IMG/VR virus record: IMGVR_UViG_3300031857_015178
DNA length: 64,000 nucleotides
Origin: an uncultured virus (IMG/VR IMGVR_UViG_3300031857_015178)
Lineage: Duplodnaviria > Heunggongvirae > Uroviricota > Caudoviricetes
Direction: 5' to 3' (one strand)
Below the pieces are notes generated by a model, which was not told where the DNA came from, searched no databases, and saw only the letters and a list, made by a program, of their open reading frames with translations. Both the position numbers and the translations under genes were made by a program. Shown here piece by piece: positions 35,995-45,402 of this stretch (positions are counted from its first letter, which is position 1; every line of letters begins with the position of its first letter).

Positions 35995-36590
35995 TGATGC
36001 CATTTGATTCATATAAATGTTATCTGTCTTTGAAAAATCATTTTACAAAAGACAGTTATGATTACTTTAAGTATTGTGGTAAATCAAGAGCAACTATTCA
36101 ATCTTTTTACAAAAGAAAAGATAGAATGTGGTTTGAGAAAATTGCAAGACAAAAAACAGATCAAGAAGTAGTTGATTTCTTCGTTGCCAATTTTGTATCT
36201 TGTCCTGATCCAGAAACACTTTGGATTGGTGAAATGATTAAAGAAGGAGAAGAAAGATATCAAAACTGGCAAAAGAAAGTTCAATCACTTTCGTATGTCT
36301 TTAAGGAAGAAAGTCAATCTTTATTTGAAGAAAATAAATTCGAGGATGTTTTTAAGTGTTCTAAGGGGCATCCACCTCTTCTAAAAAAGTTCCTGAGCGG
36401 GAAGATTAGCCTGGAAACCATGGTGATCTATGACCGAATATTCCTGTACGGGAATAAGTTTGATAAGAAACTTCAAGACCCAGTGTGGCAAACCGTCAGC
36501 AGGAGGATTAAAAAATATAATCCATTCCTAAATATTGACGTATTTCGTTTTAGGCGAATCTTAAAAGAAATTATCCTGGAGGATCAATGA
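35994..36590 (+). CDS. gp59: helicase loader
   Basis: YLSLKNHF...YDYFKY.G, F.KRKD..FEK; synteny. Confidence 0.85.
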   Translation: MMPFDSYKCYLSLKNHFTKDSYDYFKYCGKSRATIQSFYKRKDRMWFEKIARQKTDQEVVDFFVANFVSCPDPETLWIGEMIKEGEERYQNWQKKVQSLSYVFKEESQSLFEENKFEDVFKCSKGHPPLLKKFLSGKISLETMVIYDRIFLYGNKFDKKLQDPVWQTVSRRIKKYNPFLNIDVFRFRRILKEIILEDQ

Positions 36591-36931
36591 GTTTCTTTAG
36601 TTCCGAAGTTGTCCGCGCAGAGATGACTGAAATTGCAGAACTTCAAGAACAAATTTATAACAACATCTTTAAGTTTCCAACAATGACTAAAAGTGAAAAA
36701 CTAGAGCATGTTGAAGTTCTTGAAACTCTTTTAGATAAACAAAAAGTTCTTTATACAAGAATGAGTTTATCTGATGATCCTGAGGCAAAAGAAATGAAAG
36801 AACGCATTATTAGTTCTGCCATTATGATGGGAATGCCTCCTGGCACAGATATGAATATTATTCTTGGCAACATGTCAAAGATGCTTGAGATAATGAAGCA
36901 GCAGATTGACAAAACGGGTTCAGACCTGTAG
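36587..36931 (+). CDS. DUF1825-like protein
   Basis: MSFFSSEVVRAE, R.SLSDDPEA. Confidence 0.7.
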   Translation: MSFFSSEVVRAEMTEIAELQEQIYNNIFKFPTMTKSEKLEHVEVLETLLDKQKVLYTRMSLSDDPEAKEMKERIISSAIMMGMPPGTDMNIILGNMSKMLEIMKQQIDKTGSDL

Positions 36932-36978
36932 AATAACGAAGTACACAAAGGCCAAATCTCAAACAATACGAGGTACAC

Positions 36979-37929
36979 ATGTCTAATTTCGCAAATCTTA
37001 AAAAGCAATCTTCTCTTGGTTCTCTGACTGAAAAGTTGGTAAAGCAAGTAGAAAAGATGAGTACTACTTCCAGTGGAGCCGATGATCGTCTCTGGAAACC
37101 GGAGATGGATAAGACTGGAGTAGGTTCTGCAGTTATCCGCTTTCTTCCTGCCCCTGATGGTGAGGAACTTCCTTGGATCAAAATGTATTCACATGCATTT
37201 CAAGGTACAGGTGGTTGGTATATTGAAAACTCCCTGACAACTCTAGGTCAAAAAGATCCCGTTTCGGAGTATAATCGTGGTCTTTGGAACAGTGGTAGTG
37301 ACAAAGATAAGGATACTGTCCGTAAGCAAAAGCGTAAACTGTCCTACTACTCTAACATTTACGTAATTAAGGATCCCGCTAATCCTCAAAATGAAGGTAA
37401 GGTATTTCTGTTTAAGTATGGTAAGAAAATCTTTGATAAGATTCTGAATGCAATGCAACCAGAATTTGAAGATGAAGAACCCATCAATCCCTTTGATTTC
37501 TGGGCTGGTGCAAACTTCAAACTGAAGATTGTGAAGAAGGATGGTTATTGGAACTACGACAAGTCTGAGTTTGATCGTGTTGCTCCTCTCCTTGATGATG
37601 ACGATGCACTTGAAGCAATTTGGAAGAAAGAATATTCTCTTTCTGCTATCACTGCTCCCGATCAGTTTAAGACTTATAAAGAACTTGAGACTCGTATGAA
37701 CTATGTTCTCGGTCTGAGCCAGACTAATACTCCAGTTCAGTCTCGTGCTGTAGTCGAACAAGAAGATGAGTTTGAATCTTATTCTTCCACTCCTACTCGT
37801 GAGGATAAAGTTATGGAAGAATTGGAACAGTCTTATGTTCGCTCAAAGTCTCCTTCACTTCCTAAAATTACTCAGGATGATGATGAAGATGATGCTCTCT
37901 CTTACTTCCAGCGTCTTGCTGAAGATTGA
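36979..37929 (+). CDS. gp32: single-stranded DNA-binding protein
   Basis: DDRLWK...G.GSAVIRFLPA, YGKKIFDK, acidic tail. Confidence 0.95.
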   Translation: MSNFANLKKQSSLGSLTEKLVKQVEKMSTTSSGADDRLWKPEMDKTGVGSAVIRFLPAPDGEELPWIKMYSHAFQGTGGWYIENSLTTLGQKDPVSEYNRGLWNSGSDKDKDTVRKQKRKLSYYSNIYVIKDPANPQNEGKVFLFKYGKKIFDKILNAMQPEFEDEEPINPFDFWAGANFKLKIVKKDGYWNYDKSEFDRVAPLLDDDDALEAIWKKEYSLSAITAPDQFKTYKELETRMNYVLGLSQTNTPVQSRAVVEQEDEFESYSSTPTREDKVMEELEQSYVRSKSPSLPKITQDDDEDDALSYFQRLAED

Positions 37930-38943
37930 TTATTCGTAAAGTCTAGAATTATCTCCTCTCTTAAGGGTATCGCTCAAGTACTGAGTGCTACCCTTTTTAT
38001 ATGGCATAATTTCAGCAAGGTCATTAAACATTACATTTAGATATGCTGGTTTTAATATAAAAATATTTCTCTTTTTGTTTTCTACACCTAACTCATATTC
38101 AAAGTTTGTAATTGGATTTAAAATTGTTGATGAGGTTAGAGTTACATAATACCCAAGATTTGAGTCAAAGTATTCATAGTAGTATGAGTTTCCAGATAAA
38201 CCACCAGCAAATAAAACTTCTTCAGCACCACTTGTGCTTAGAACTGGTGAAGCCACAGAAGGAACAGATGGTAAAGCATATGTGAAGGATATTGTTAGAT
38301 TGGATGATGCATCAAGACTAATAGAAGTAACTTCATATCTTCCATTATAGATTGATTCTGATATATTATTAACTAGTACTTCTGAACCTACAGTTAAACC
38401 TTGAAGTCCAGTTTTTAATGTTATTGTTGCCGTATCCGTTGGAGTAATTCCATTTCCAGAAAACACCTGAGAAATTTTTGAATTACTCATTTCAATGAAG
38501 TTTCCATTTGTTCTCCAGGTATTTTTCATTTGAATGCCACCGGGAAGAATAACATTATTCAAAGAGTCTCTTGTCTCTATTGTTTCGTAATGATGCACTC
38601 CATTATAAAAATTATCATATGTTTCATATCTTTCTAACATTACTTTATCAAAAGTATTTTGTGAAAGAGGCCATTCAGTCTGGACGTTTAAGATATTATT
38701 AGAAAGTAGAACAACCCAATCTAAGGTTGAGTCTCCATAGAATTTAAAAGCAACATTATCTGGCCTTTCATCGCCTTGAATTTCATACTTCTCAAAAAAG
38801 GATAAGTTTTGAAAAATATCCTCACGTAATTTTGCTCTTCTGAATATATTTTTTACAGGAACATAATTTGAAATTTCTTGGTTGTTTATGTCCCTGTTTA
38901 TGTACTCAAAATTTGGTACGTTTTTAAAGTAATGATTTGCCAT
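37930..38943 (-). CDS. gp53: baseplate wedge protein
   Basis: YF...P, ERPD.VA..FYGD..LDWVVLL.N, HHYET. Confidence 0.82.
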   Translation of the reverse strand: MANHYFKNVPNFEYINRDINNQEISNYVPVKNIFRRAKLREDIFQNLSFFEKYEIQGDERPDNVAFKFYGDSTLDWVVLLSNNILNVQTEWPLSQNTFDKVMLERYETYDNFYNGVHHYETIETRDSLNNVILPGGIQMKNTWRTNGNFIEMSNSKISQVFSGNGITPTDTATITLKTGLQGLTVGSEVLVNNISESIYNGRYEVTSISLDASSNLTISFTYALPSVPSVASPVLSTSGAEEVLFAGGLSGNSYYYEYFDSNLGYYVTLTSSTILNPITNFEYELGVENKKRNIFILKPAYLNVMFNDLAEIMPYKKGSTQYLSDTLKRGDNSRLYE

Positions 38944-38944
38944 A

Positions 38945-40306
38945 TTAGTAACCTATTGAATGCTTTCCATCATAATCCTTATCATAAATTGGTTCTAGTT
39001 CTTGGAATGATAATGTCATACTATAAGAAACCATAGTTCCATCATCATAAGTCATATAAGTTCCGAGAGGTGTATAATCAACGGAGCAATTAAGAAGAGC
39101 ACACTCTTTGATTTTGTTGATACCTGGATGTTCTGTTTCTTTACCTTTGTACTTATATTCAATAAGAAATGTATTTGGTGCAGTTAAAAATATATTATCT
39201 TTAGTTGTTCTTGGTGCCATATTTTTTTTAAAGAAATTGATAATTCTTTTTATATTTTCCGCTTCCTTTTGTTCTCTTGCAGACATCTGAAATCTGAAAT
39301 CAAAAGGTCTTAATTGTGGACCTGTGAAAAGAAGTTCTAAGTTTGGGTTTAGTACAGAACCAAATCTTCCAAGGAGATTTTGTATACTAACTGCTTCTCC
39401 AGCAAGAGCAACTTTAACCGCATTGGCGTTTTTAATGACATCTCCTGTTGCTTCTCCCAGTTTTGTACCAAGTAATTGTCCTGCAGCATTTGCATCTGCA
39501 GCATTCATCAAACCAGTTGAAAGATTGACGGCTTTTCTTTCTATTGCATTTAAACTTGTACCTTGCCAATCTACAGAATTTGCATCAGTGATTGATGCCT
39601 GAACTGGTAAAAATACATGTCCTAAAGGTTTTTTTCCTTCTAGATTTGATGTTCTATCTCTACTTTGTATAGATGTAGTTGAAAGATTTCCGCTTGCAAT
39701 ATATTCTAGTGCAGTAAATTTAATTCTATCTTGAGCGGTTACCTTATCATCTTTATCCATACCTAGTGGATAAACCGCAATCATACTTGTGTTTTGATTT
39801 TGTGCTACTGTAGGTTTTACTCCTGTACTTACTGGAGTGCTGGATGGTCCATCTGGAGATGGTGTTGACGATGGGCTAGGTGCAGTAGGTGCTGGGTCTG
39901 ATGGTTGTGGTGGTTGAGCTCCTGGAGTTCCTGATGTACTTCTTACTCCTGGAACTGCAAGATTTCTTCCGGTAACAGGTGCATTTTTATTGAATGCATA
40001 TGCTCTTTCATTATTCAATCCAGCGATTGAATTTCCAGTATAAAAATCTTTTAGTAAAGCGTCATCTGAGTTGTAGTCTAACCCTACAGGCAAGTCTTTT
40101 CTTAAATTTGAAATGGAATCGCTTGCTGAAGGCGTCCATCCCCACTTTCCAGAACCACCTGTATCTTTTGATGAACTAAAAGTTGGAAATGATGTACCTA
40201 ATCTAAACCATTCAGCATTACCATTGTTATAATCTATTAATATTCTTCCGGGAAGCATTTTACCACCCAATTTCATACCATAGTTGAAAGATGTTTGGTT
40301 TGCCAT
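38945..40306 (-). CDS. gp48: baseplate tail-tube cap
   Basis: NPNLELLF.GP.LR.F.F.F, VDYTP, L.FQELEP. Confidence 0.8.
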   Translation of the reverse strand: MANQTSFNYGMKLGGKMLPGRILIDYNNGNAEWFRLGTSFPTFSSSKDTGGSGKWGWTPSASDSISNLRKDLPVGLDYNSDDALLKDFYTGNSIAGLNNERAYAFNKNAPVTGRNLAVPGVRSTSGTPGAQPPQPSDPAPTAPSPSSTPSPDGPSSTPVSTGVKPTVAQNQNTSMIAVYPLGMDKDDKVTAQDRIKFTALEYIASGNLSTTSIQSRDRTSNLEGKKPLGHVFLPVQASITDANSVDWQGTSLNAIERKAVNLSTGLMNAADANAAGQLLGTKLGEATGDVIKNANAVKVALAGEAVSIQNLLGRFGSVLNPNLELLFTGPQLRPFDFRFQMSAREQKEAENIKRIINFFKKNMAPRTTKDNIFLTAPNTFLIEYKYKGKETEHPGINKIKECALLNCSVDYTPLGTYMTYDDGTMVSYSMTLSFQELEPIYDKDYDGKHSIGY

Positions 40307-40381
40307 CAGAACTCCTCCTCACTTACAAGAGGATTAGTTATCTCAATTTTTTGTAGAGTATGAGACATTTATAGGAGTTTT

Positions 40382-40768
40382 TTATTTATTTAGACGGAAT
40401 TTTGCATAAGGTATTGATAGCATCTCATCAAGTTCTTCATACTTTACAACGTGAAGTTTTCCTGCAACTTCTTCCCAAGTATATTGCCTACCTTCTCTCC
40501 AATGAAAATTGATTGCTTTGAATCCCCATCTTTCTAGTGAAGTGCAAGCAATCAGTGGATGTTGGTCGTATTCGATATTTGGTGTCTTTGGATTGTATAT
40601 AAAGGTATAAAACTTTCCTGGCTCTGGATATAATACTTCCTCTTTCAAAGTATCCATAATAATCAGCATTAAATCTTCTGGGTCATTGGTTCCAGCATCA
40701 TCAATTTTCTTTTTGAGTTCTCTCATTCTTTGAGGAACATTAGCATATTGACCGAAACCTTTTGCCAT
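40382..40768 (-). CDS. gp2: DNA end protector-like protein
   Basis: PGKFYTF.Y.PKT...YDQHPLI...INFHW. Confidence 0.65.
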   Translation of the reverse strand: MAKGFGQYANVPQRMRELKKKIDDAGTNDPEDLMLIIMDTLKEEVLYPEPGKFYTFIYNPKTPNIEYDQHPLIACTSLERWGFKAINFHWREGRQYTWEEVAGKLHVVKYEELDEMLSIPYAKFRLNK

Positions 40769-41208
40769 TAATTAAATAACTCCTCTTCGGTAATGACTTT
40801 AAACTCTAGCATCCTATCCGCACACCATTCTTTTGCTGCTTTCCATTTTGCTTGATTTACTGCATAGGTTTTGCATTCATACAGATATGATTTCGTTACT
40901 CTAGACCTTTGCTTTGGTGGAATTGTTTGTTTCTTTGGTTTCACTTCAATCACATAAGTTTTAATCTTACCCGAAGACTCTTGAACTTTGATAAGGTAAT
41001 CTGGAAAGTATCGATGCACTCTACCATCCACGGGAGACACATAAGAAATACAAAATTCTTCAGACGCCCAAGAAATTATACTTGGATTGTGGTCGCAGTA
41101 ATAACAAAACTTTCTCTCCCAACTACTTCGACATATAATATTATTTGGGTTTCCTTTATATTTTTCGGGATAGGATGGTTTATAGATGCTTTTAATACTT
41201 TCTGCCAT
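40768..41208 (-). CDS. gp4: head completion nuclease
   Basis: KYKGNP..I..RSSWE, WASEE, HRYFPD, EVKP..QT. Confidence 0.9.
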   Translation of the reverse strand: MAESIKSIYKPSYPEKYKGNPNNIICRSSWERKFCYYCDHNPSIISWASEEFCISYVSPVDGRVHRYFPDYLIKVQESSGKIKTYVIEVKPKKQTIPPKQRSRVTKSYLYECKTYAVNQAKWKAAKEWCADRMLEFKVITEEELFN

Positions 41209-41238
41209 TTGCTATCATACATAATATATCAGTAAAAA

Positions 41239-41260
41239 TATTTATAGATGACTATAAATA
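41239..41260. promoter_or_regulatory. divergent T4-type late promoter motifs
   Basis: TATAAATA on the minus strand at 41239-41246 and on the plus strand at 41253-41260. Confidence 0.55.
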
Positions 41261-42177
41261 GACCCCCTATCTATGATTTTGAGAATGAACAAAATGCGAG
41301 ACCATATAATCCAACACCAGCTTCTGGAGTTCCTGTAATTCCTGCTCCCAGCATTCAAACTTCTGGTACAGGAAAAAGTCCGGGAACAGGTAGTCGTGTC
41401 ACATCTAATCCTGGTGGTGCTCCACCACCAAAGAATTACAAAAGTGCGCTTCAAATAAAATCATTTTTATTGAGACCTTCACTGACTTCACATTTTCAGT
41501 GTTGGTTTAATCCACCAACATCTGTTAGGGCGGTGACAAATTATAATGATGATTTTATTTCAATATCTTGTACCGAAGCATCTCTTCCTGGGTCATCTAT
41601 CATTACAAATGAAATTAATGATGATTATACTGGAGTCACTGAAAGACTAGGATATCGTAGGCAATATGATAATACTGTAGATTTTACTTTTTATGTTGAT
41701 GGTGGAGTATTGAATAGTGGATATAATGTGATTAATTTTTTTGAGGGGTGGATGAGATATGCAATGGGAGAAACTTCTACTGCAGCAGATGGAAATTATA
41801 ATTATAGAGTTGGATATCCTGATGGAGATAATGGATATAGAACTGAAATTTTTATTAATAAGTTTGAAAGGGATTTCAATGGAAATTATTTAAATTATAC
41901 CTTCGTTAAGGCTTATCCAGTAAGCGTTGCCTCAATGCCAGTTTCTTATGATTCATCTCAGTTGCTTAAATGTACCGTCTCTTTCACTTTTAATAGATAT
42001 ATTCTTGCATCACGAGCATATGCACCAGAGTCTGAACCAACTCCATCAACGCCACCAGGGGTTCCAAAAAAACCAGAATATTATGGACCTGGATTGCCGG
42101 GAGAACAGGCAAATGAACTTCGAAGAGGTCTCCTCGAAGACTTTATTGTAAGACAGCAAAATAATCCTCTTTTTTAA
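41248..42177 (+). CDS. tail-tube initiator / tube-fold protein (gp54-like)
   Basis: C.EASLPG, FTFYVD, AYP.SV..M..SYD...L..TVSF.F. Confidence 0.75.
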   Translation: MTINRPPIYDFENEQNARPYNPTPASGVPVIPAPSIQTSGTGKSPGTGSRVTSNPGGAPPPKNYKSALQIKSFLLRPSLTSHFQCWFNPPTSVRAVTNYNDDFISISCTEASLPGSSIITNEINDDYTGVTERLGYRRQYDNTVDFTFYVDGGVLNSGYNVINFFEGWMRYAMGETSTAADGNYNYRVGYPDGDNGYRTEIFINKFERDFNGNYLNYTFVKAYPVSVASMPVSYDSSQLLKCTVSFTFNRYILASRAYAPESEPTPSTPPGVPKKPEYYGPGLPGEQANELRRGLLEDFIVRQQNNPLF

Positions 42178-42227
42178 GTATTTGAGAGAAGCAATAAATA
42201 ATCACACTGAAGTTTCTATAGGACATT

Positions 42228-42947
42228 ATGCCTTTACCTAAGATTTCTACGCCAACTTATGAACTTGAGTTGCCATCCACAAGACAAAAAATTAAGTATA
42301 GACCTTTTCTTGTAAGAGAGGAAAAACTTTTAGTTCTTGCTTTAGAGTCTGAAGATACCAAGCAAATTACTACAGCAATTAAAACTGTTATTAAGAATTG
42401 TATTGAAACAAAAAACGTCAAAGTAGAGTCTCTTCCAACCTTTGACATTGAATATCTTTTCCTTAACATCCGAGGTAAATCTGTCGGGGAAGAGATTGAA
42501 GTAAATGTTATTTGTCCTGATGATGAAGAGACAGTAGTTCCTGTAAAAATTTCTGTAGATGATATTCAAGTTTTAAGAGTTCCCGAACATAATAATAAAA
42601 TAAAACTTGATGACTCTATTATGATGGAAATGAAGTATCCATCACTAGACCAGTTTATTAAGAGTAATTTTGATTTGTCCTCAGACAATACTATGGACCA
42701 GTCTTTTGAATTGATATCTTCTTGTATTGATAAAATTTATACAGAGGATGATGTATGGGTTGCTGCTGATGTTACTAAGAAAGAACTGTTAGAATTTCTA
42801 GACCAAATGAATTCGGTTCAATTTAAAGAAATCGAACAGTTCTTTGAGACGATGCCAAAACTTTCTCATAAGATTAAAGTTACAAATCCAAATACCGAAG
42901 TTGAAAGTGAAGTTGTTCTTGAAGGGTTATCAAGTTTTTTCGCATAG
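42228..42947 (+). CDS. gp26: baseplate hub assembly protein
   Basis: MPLPKI.TP.YEL.LPS...YRPFLVREEK, FD.EYLFL.IR.KSVGE. Confidence 0.88.
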   Translation: MPLPKISTPTYELELPSTRQKIKYRPFLVREEKLLVLALESEDTKQITTAIKTVIKNCIETKNVKVESLPTFDIEYLFLNIRGKSVGEEIEVNVICPDDEETVVPVKISVDDIQVLRVPEHNNKIKLDDSIMMEMKYPSLDQFIKSNFDLSSDNTMDQSFELISSCIDKIYTEDDVWVAADVTKKELLEFLDQMNSVQFKEIEQFFETMPKLSHKIKVTNPNTEVESEVVLEGLSSFFA

Positions 42948-42949
42948 GA

Positions 42950-43120
42950 ATGTCCCATATGGACTTAGAGAATTATTTTAAATTAAATTTTTCTCTCATT
43001 CAGTTCCATAAATATTCATTAACGGAGATTGAAAATATGATTCCTTGGGAAAGGGACGTTTATGTTGGACTATTAAAGAATCATCTCGAAGAAGAAGAAT
43101 TTAAACAAAGACAACGCTAG
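42950..43120 (+). CDS. gp51: baseplate hub assembly catalyst (absent from the ORF track)
   Basis: LENYFKLNFSLIQFHKYSLTEIENMIPWERDVYV. Confidence 0.8.
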   Translation: MSHMDLENYFKLNFSLIQFHKYSLTEIENMIPWERDVYVGLLKNHLEEEEFKQRQR

Positions 43121-43126
43121 CGATAA

Positions 43127-45400
43127 ATGAACTCAGTATCCGAAAAAATCGATGAAAGAATTCTAAGGCTACTGGGTCTTAACTATACATATGACATTGA
43201 TTATGATACCTATTATACTCTCATTAGAGAAGCGATGGTGTCTGGTGCAAAAAGATTGCCACCAGAAGAACTTGCTTTACTTGCAAATGAAAGAAAAAGA
43301 ATAAGAGGTAAGAAGGGTAGATTTAAACCAAAGAGTCAGAAGATAAACGCAAATAAGATAGCGACGACTAAGTTTTTAAAACCAGCAGTACAACCATTAT
43401 CAACTCCTTTAATTGCACCTGCAGGCGGAGTCCAATCTTCACAAATTCAACCTGCAAATTTGGCACCTCTTCAGGGACCTCTAGATTCTATTAAGAAAGT
43501 ATTAGTTTCTTTCTTAGATTTTAAAGAAGATAGTGCCGACCAAGAAAGGAGAGACGCTGAGGCAAATAAAAGGTCAAAAAGAGAGGCTGGACTAGAGACT
43601 GTTAAGAAAGGAATGTCTGCCGTATCTGATGCGGTAAAGAAATTTATTTCTCCATTTCAAGGAATTATTGACCGTGTGTGGAGATTCCTATTCTTCACAT
43701 TACTTGGTAATGCATTTACGCAATTAGTAAAATGGTTTCAAGACCCAAAAAATAAAAATAAAGTAGAAACTTTAAAGAGATTTGTAAAGGATTGGTGGCC
43801 TTCTTTACTTGGTGCTTTTGTTTTATTTTTCACACCATTTGGTAAATTTGTAAGAGGAATACTTGGAATCGTTGGTGGTTTAACTGGCAAACTAGTTGGT
43901 GCAATACCCAAGATTGCTGGGGCAATAAAAGGTCTCAGTAAAGTTTTACTTAATCCTTGGGTTGCTGTTCCTGCCGCAGCAATTGGTTTAGCAGCTGCTG
44001 CTAATGAAGTTACCGGGCAAAGAAAGGCAGCAGGAGTTCAAGCAGAAAATAAAGCACGGGCACAGACTGGAAAAGGTTTAGGTGCTCAGGGGACTGACAC
44101 TATGACCGATAAGGTTCCTAGTGTTGGTAATATGGGTCCAACAACACCTTACGGACTCCTTCAGGGTGCTGCCCGTGGTGGTTCTGTGATGAATGGATAT
44201 TCCGGTATAGACAATAACACGGGTCAAAGAATATCCGGATTTGGTCCTGATACTCAATTGATTGCAGCAATGCCTGGAGAGGTTGTTATTAATAAGAAAA
44301 CTGTAGATGCTGTTGGTGCGGATACATTTTTAAGTCTAAACAGACATTATGGTGGTTCAGGTGCTAACCAACCTAAGTTTGGTAGATTCTTTAATACTGG
44401 GGGAATCGTTGGTGGGTTGATGAGTCTATTCAATAGACCTAGAGGACTCAGTACAAGAGGAGTCCAGGCTGGATTTACTGGTATGGCAAAACAGGGATTT
44501 GAAGCCATTATGGGGGGTGATAAGTTTAGACTTGGAGGATGGAAACCACAAATACTTGGTAGAGGTGCATACTCTGCACCTACGTTAAAAGGAGCTCAAC
44601 GATATGCTGGTTCTGCAGGGTCTCTGGGTGGAACTCAAGTTCCTGGTGGTGTAGTTAAGACAATAGTTCCTGGAGGTGCAAGAGGTATAAACATTATTGA
44701 ACCACAATCTGTTGTAAATCCGTCTACATTTGATAAGGGAAAGGTTTTGGCAGATAGATTACTTTCTGGTAGGTATTCAAATAGTCCTCTTGCAAATAGA
44801 CTTCGTTCTCAGTTAACAAGTGGAGTAGCACAGAGAACTGGCATGGGATTTGGAAGAACGCTTTCCCGTGGCAGTGGATTATTAAATGCTCCTGTCATCA
44901 GTGATATGTTATTTCCGGAAGGAACATCATCATATAGTCAACTTACTGGACCTAATGCATATTATAATGCACCTGGATATAAAGGTCCTAGACCTATGCA
45001 GCGTATGGGTGGTGGATTGATTAAAGAGAATACTGGAATGGATATTCGTGGAGCAACAGCAGATAGACAAGCCATTTTCGCTCAACCTGGAGAGTATGTT
45101 CTTCCTGTTAATACTGTAAATCGTCTTGGAACTTCTCTCATTGATAAATTAGTTGCAATGACTGACAGTGACTCAAATGCAGCTAAACTTGGTTACAGGA
45201 CAAAGAATATTCCACAGATAAAACCATTGACAAGAGATGGTTCTCAAAATGTTGTAACTCTACCACCAATAGTACAATCGTCTGGAATGAAAGGTGGTGG
45301 TAGTGCTGCTGCAGGTTCTAAAGTTCCAACATTCTCAGCAACTTCTTCTAGTGGAAGTTTTGATAGGTCTACTAATGCTAGTATTTACGGGATTGCTTGA
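43127..45400 (+). CDS. tape-measure/baseplate-hub-like protein (gp29-like)
   Basis: Position after gp26/gp51; coiled N-terminus, hydrophobic helices, repeated GG..D...GE.V motifs. Confidence 0.6.
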   Translation: MNSVSEKIDERILRLLGLNYTYDIDYDTYYTLIREAMVSGAKRLPPEELALLANERKRIRGKKGRFKPKSQKINANKIATTKFLKPAVQPLSTPLIAPAGGVQSSQIQPANLAPLQGPLDSIKKVLVSFLDFKEDSADQERRDAEANKRSKREAGLETVKKGMSAVSDAVKKFISPFQGIIDRVWRFLFFTLLGNAFTQLVKWFQDPKNKNKVETLKRFVKDWWPSLLGAFVLFFTPFGKFVRGILGIVGGLTGKLVGAIPKIAGAIKGLSKVLLNPWVAVPAAAIGLAAAANEVTGQRKAAGVQAENKARAQTGKGLGAQGTDTMTDKVPSVGNMGPTTPYGLLQGAARGGSVMNGYSGIDNNTGQRISGFGPDTQLIAAMPGEVVINKKTVDAVGADTFLSLNRHYGGSGANQPKFGRFFNTGGIVGGLMSLFNRPRGLSTRGVQAGFTGMAKQGFEAIMGGDKFRLGGWKPQILGRGAYSAPTLKGAQRYAGSAGSLGGTQVPGGVVKTIVPGGARGINIIEPQSVVNPSTFDKGKVLADRLLSGRYSNSPLANRLRSQLTSGVAQRTGMGFGRTLSRGSGLLNAPVISDMLFPEGTSSYSQLTGPNAYYNAPGYKGPRPMQRMGGGLIKENTGMDIRGATADRQAIFAQPGEYVLPVNTVNRLGTSLIDKLVAMTDSDSNAAKLGYRTKNIPQIKPLTRDGSQNVVTLPPIVQSSGMKGGGSAAAGSKVPTFSATSSSGSFDRSTNASIYGIA

Positions 45401-45402
45401 CG

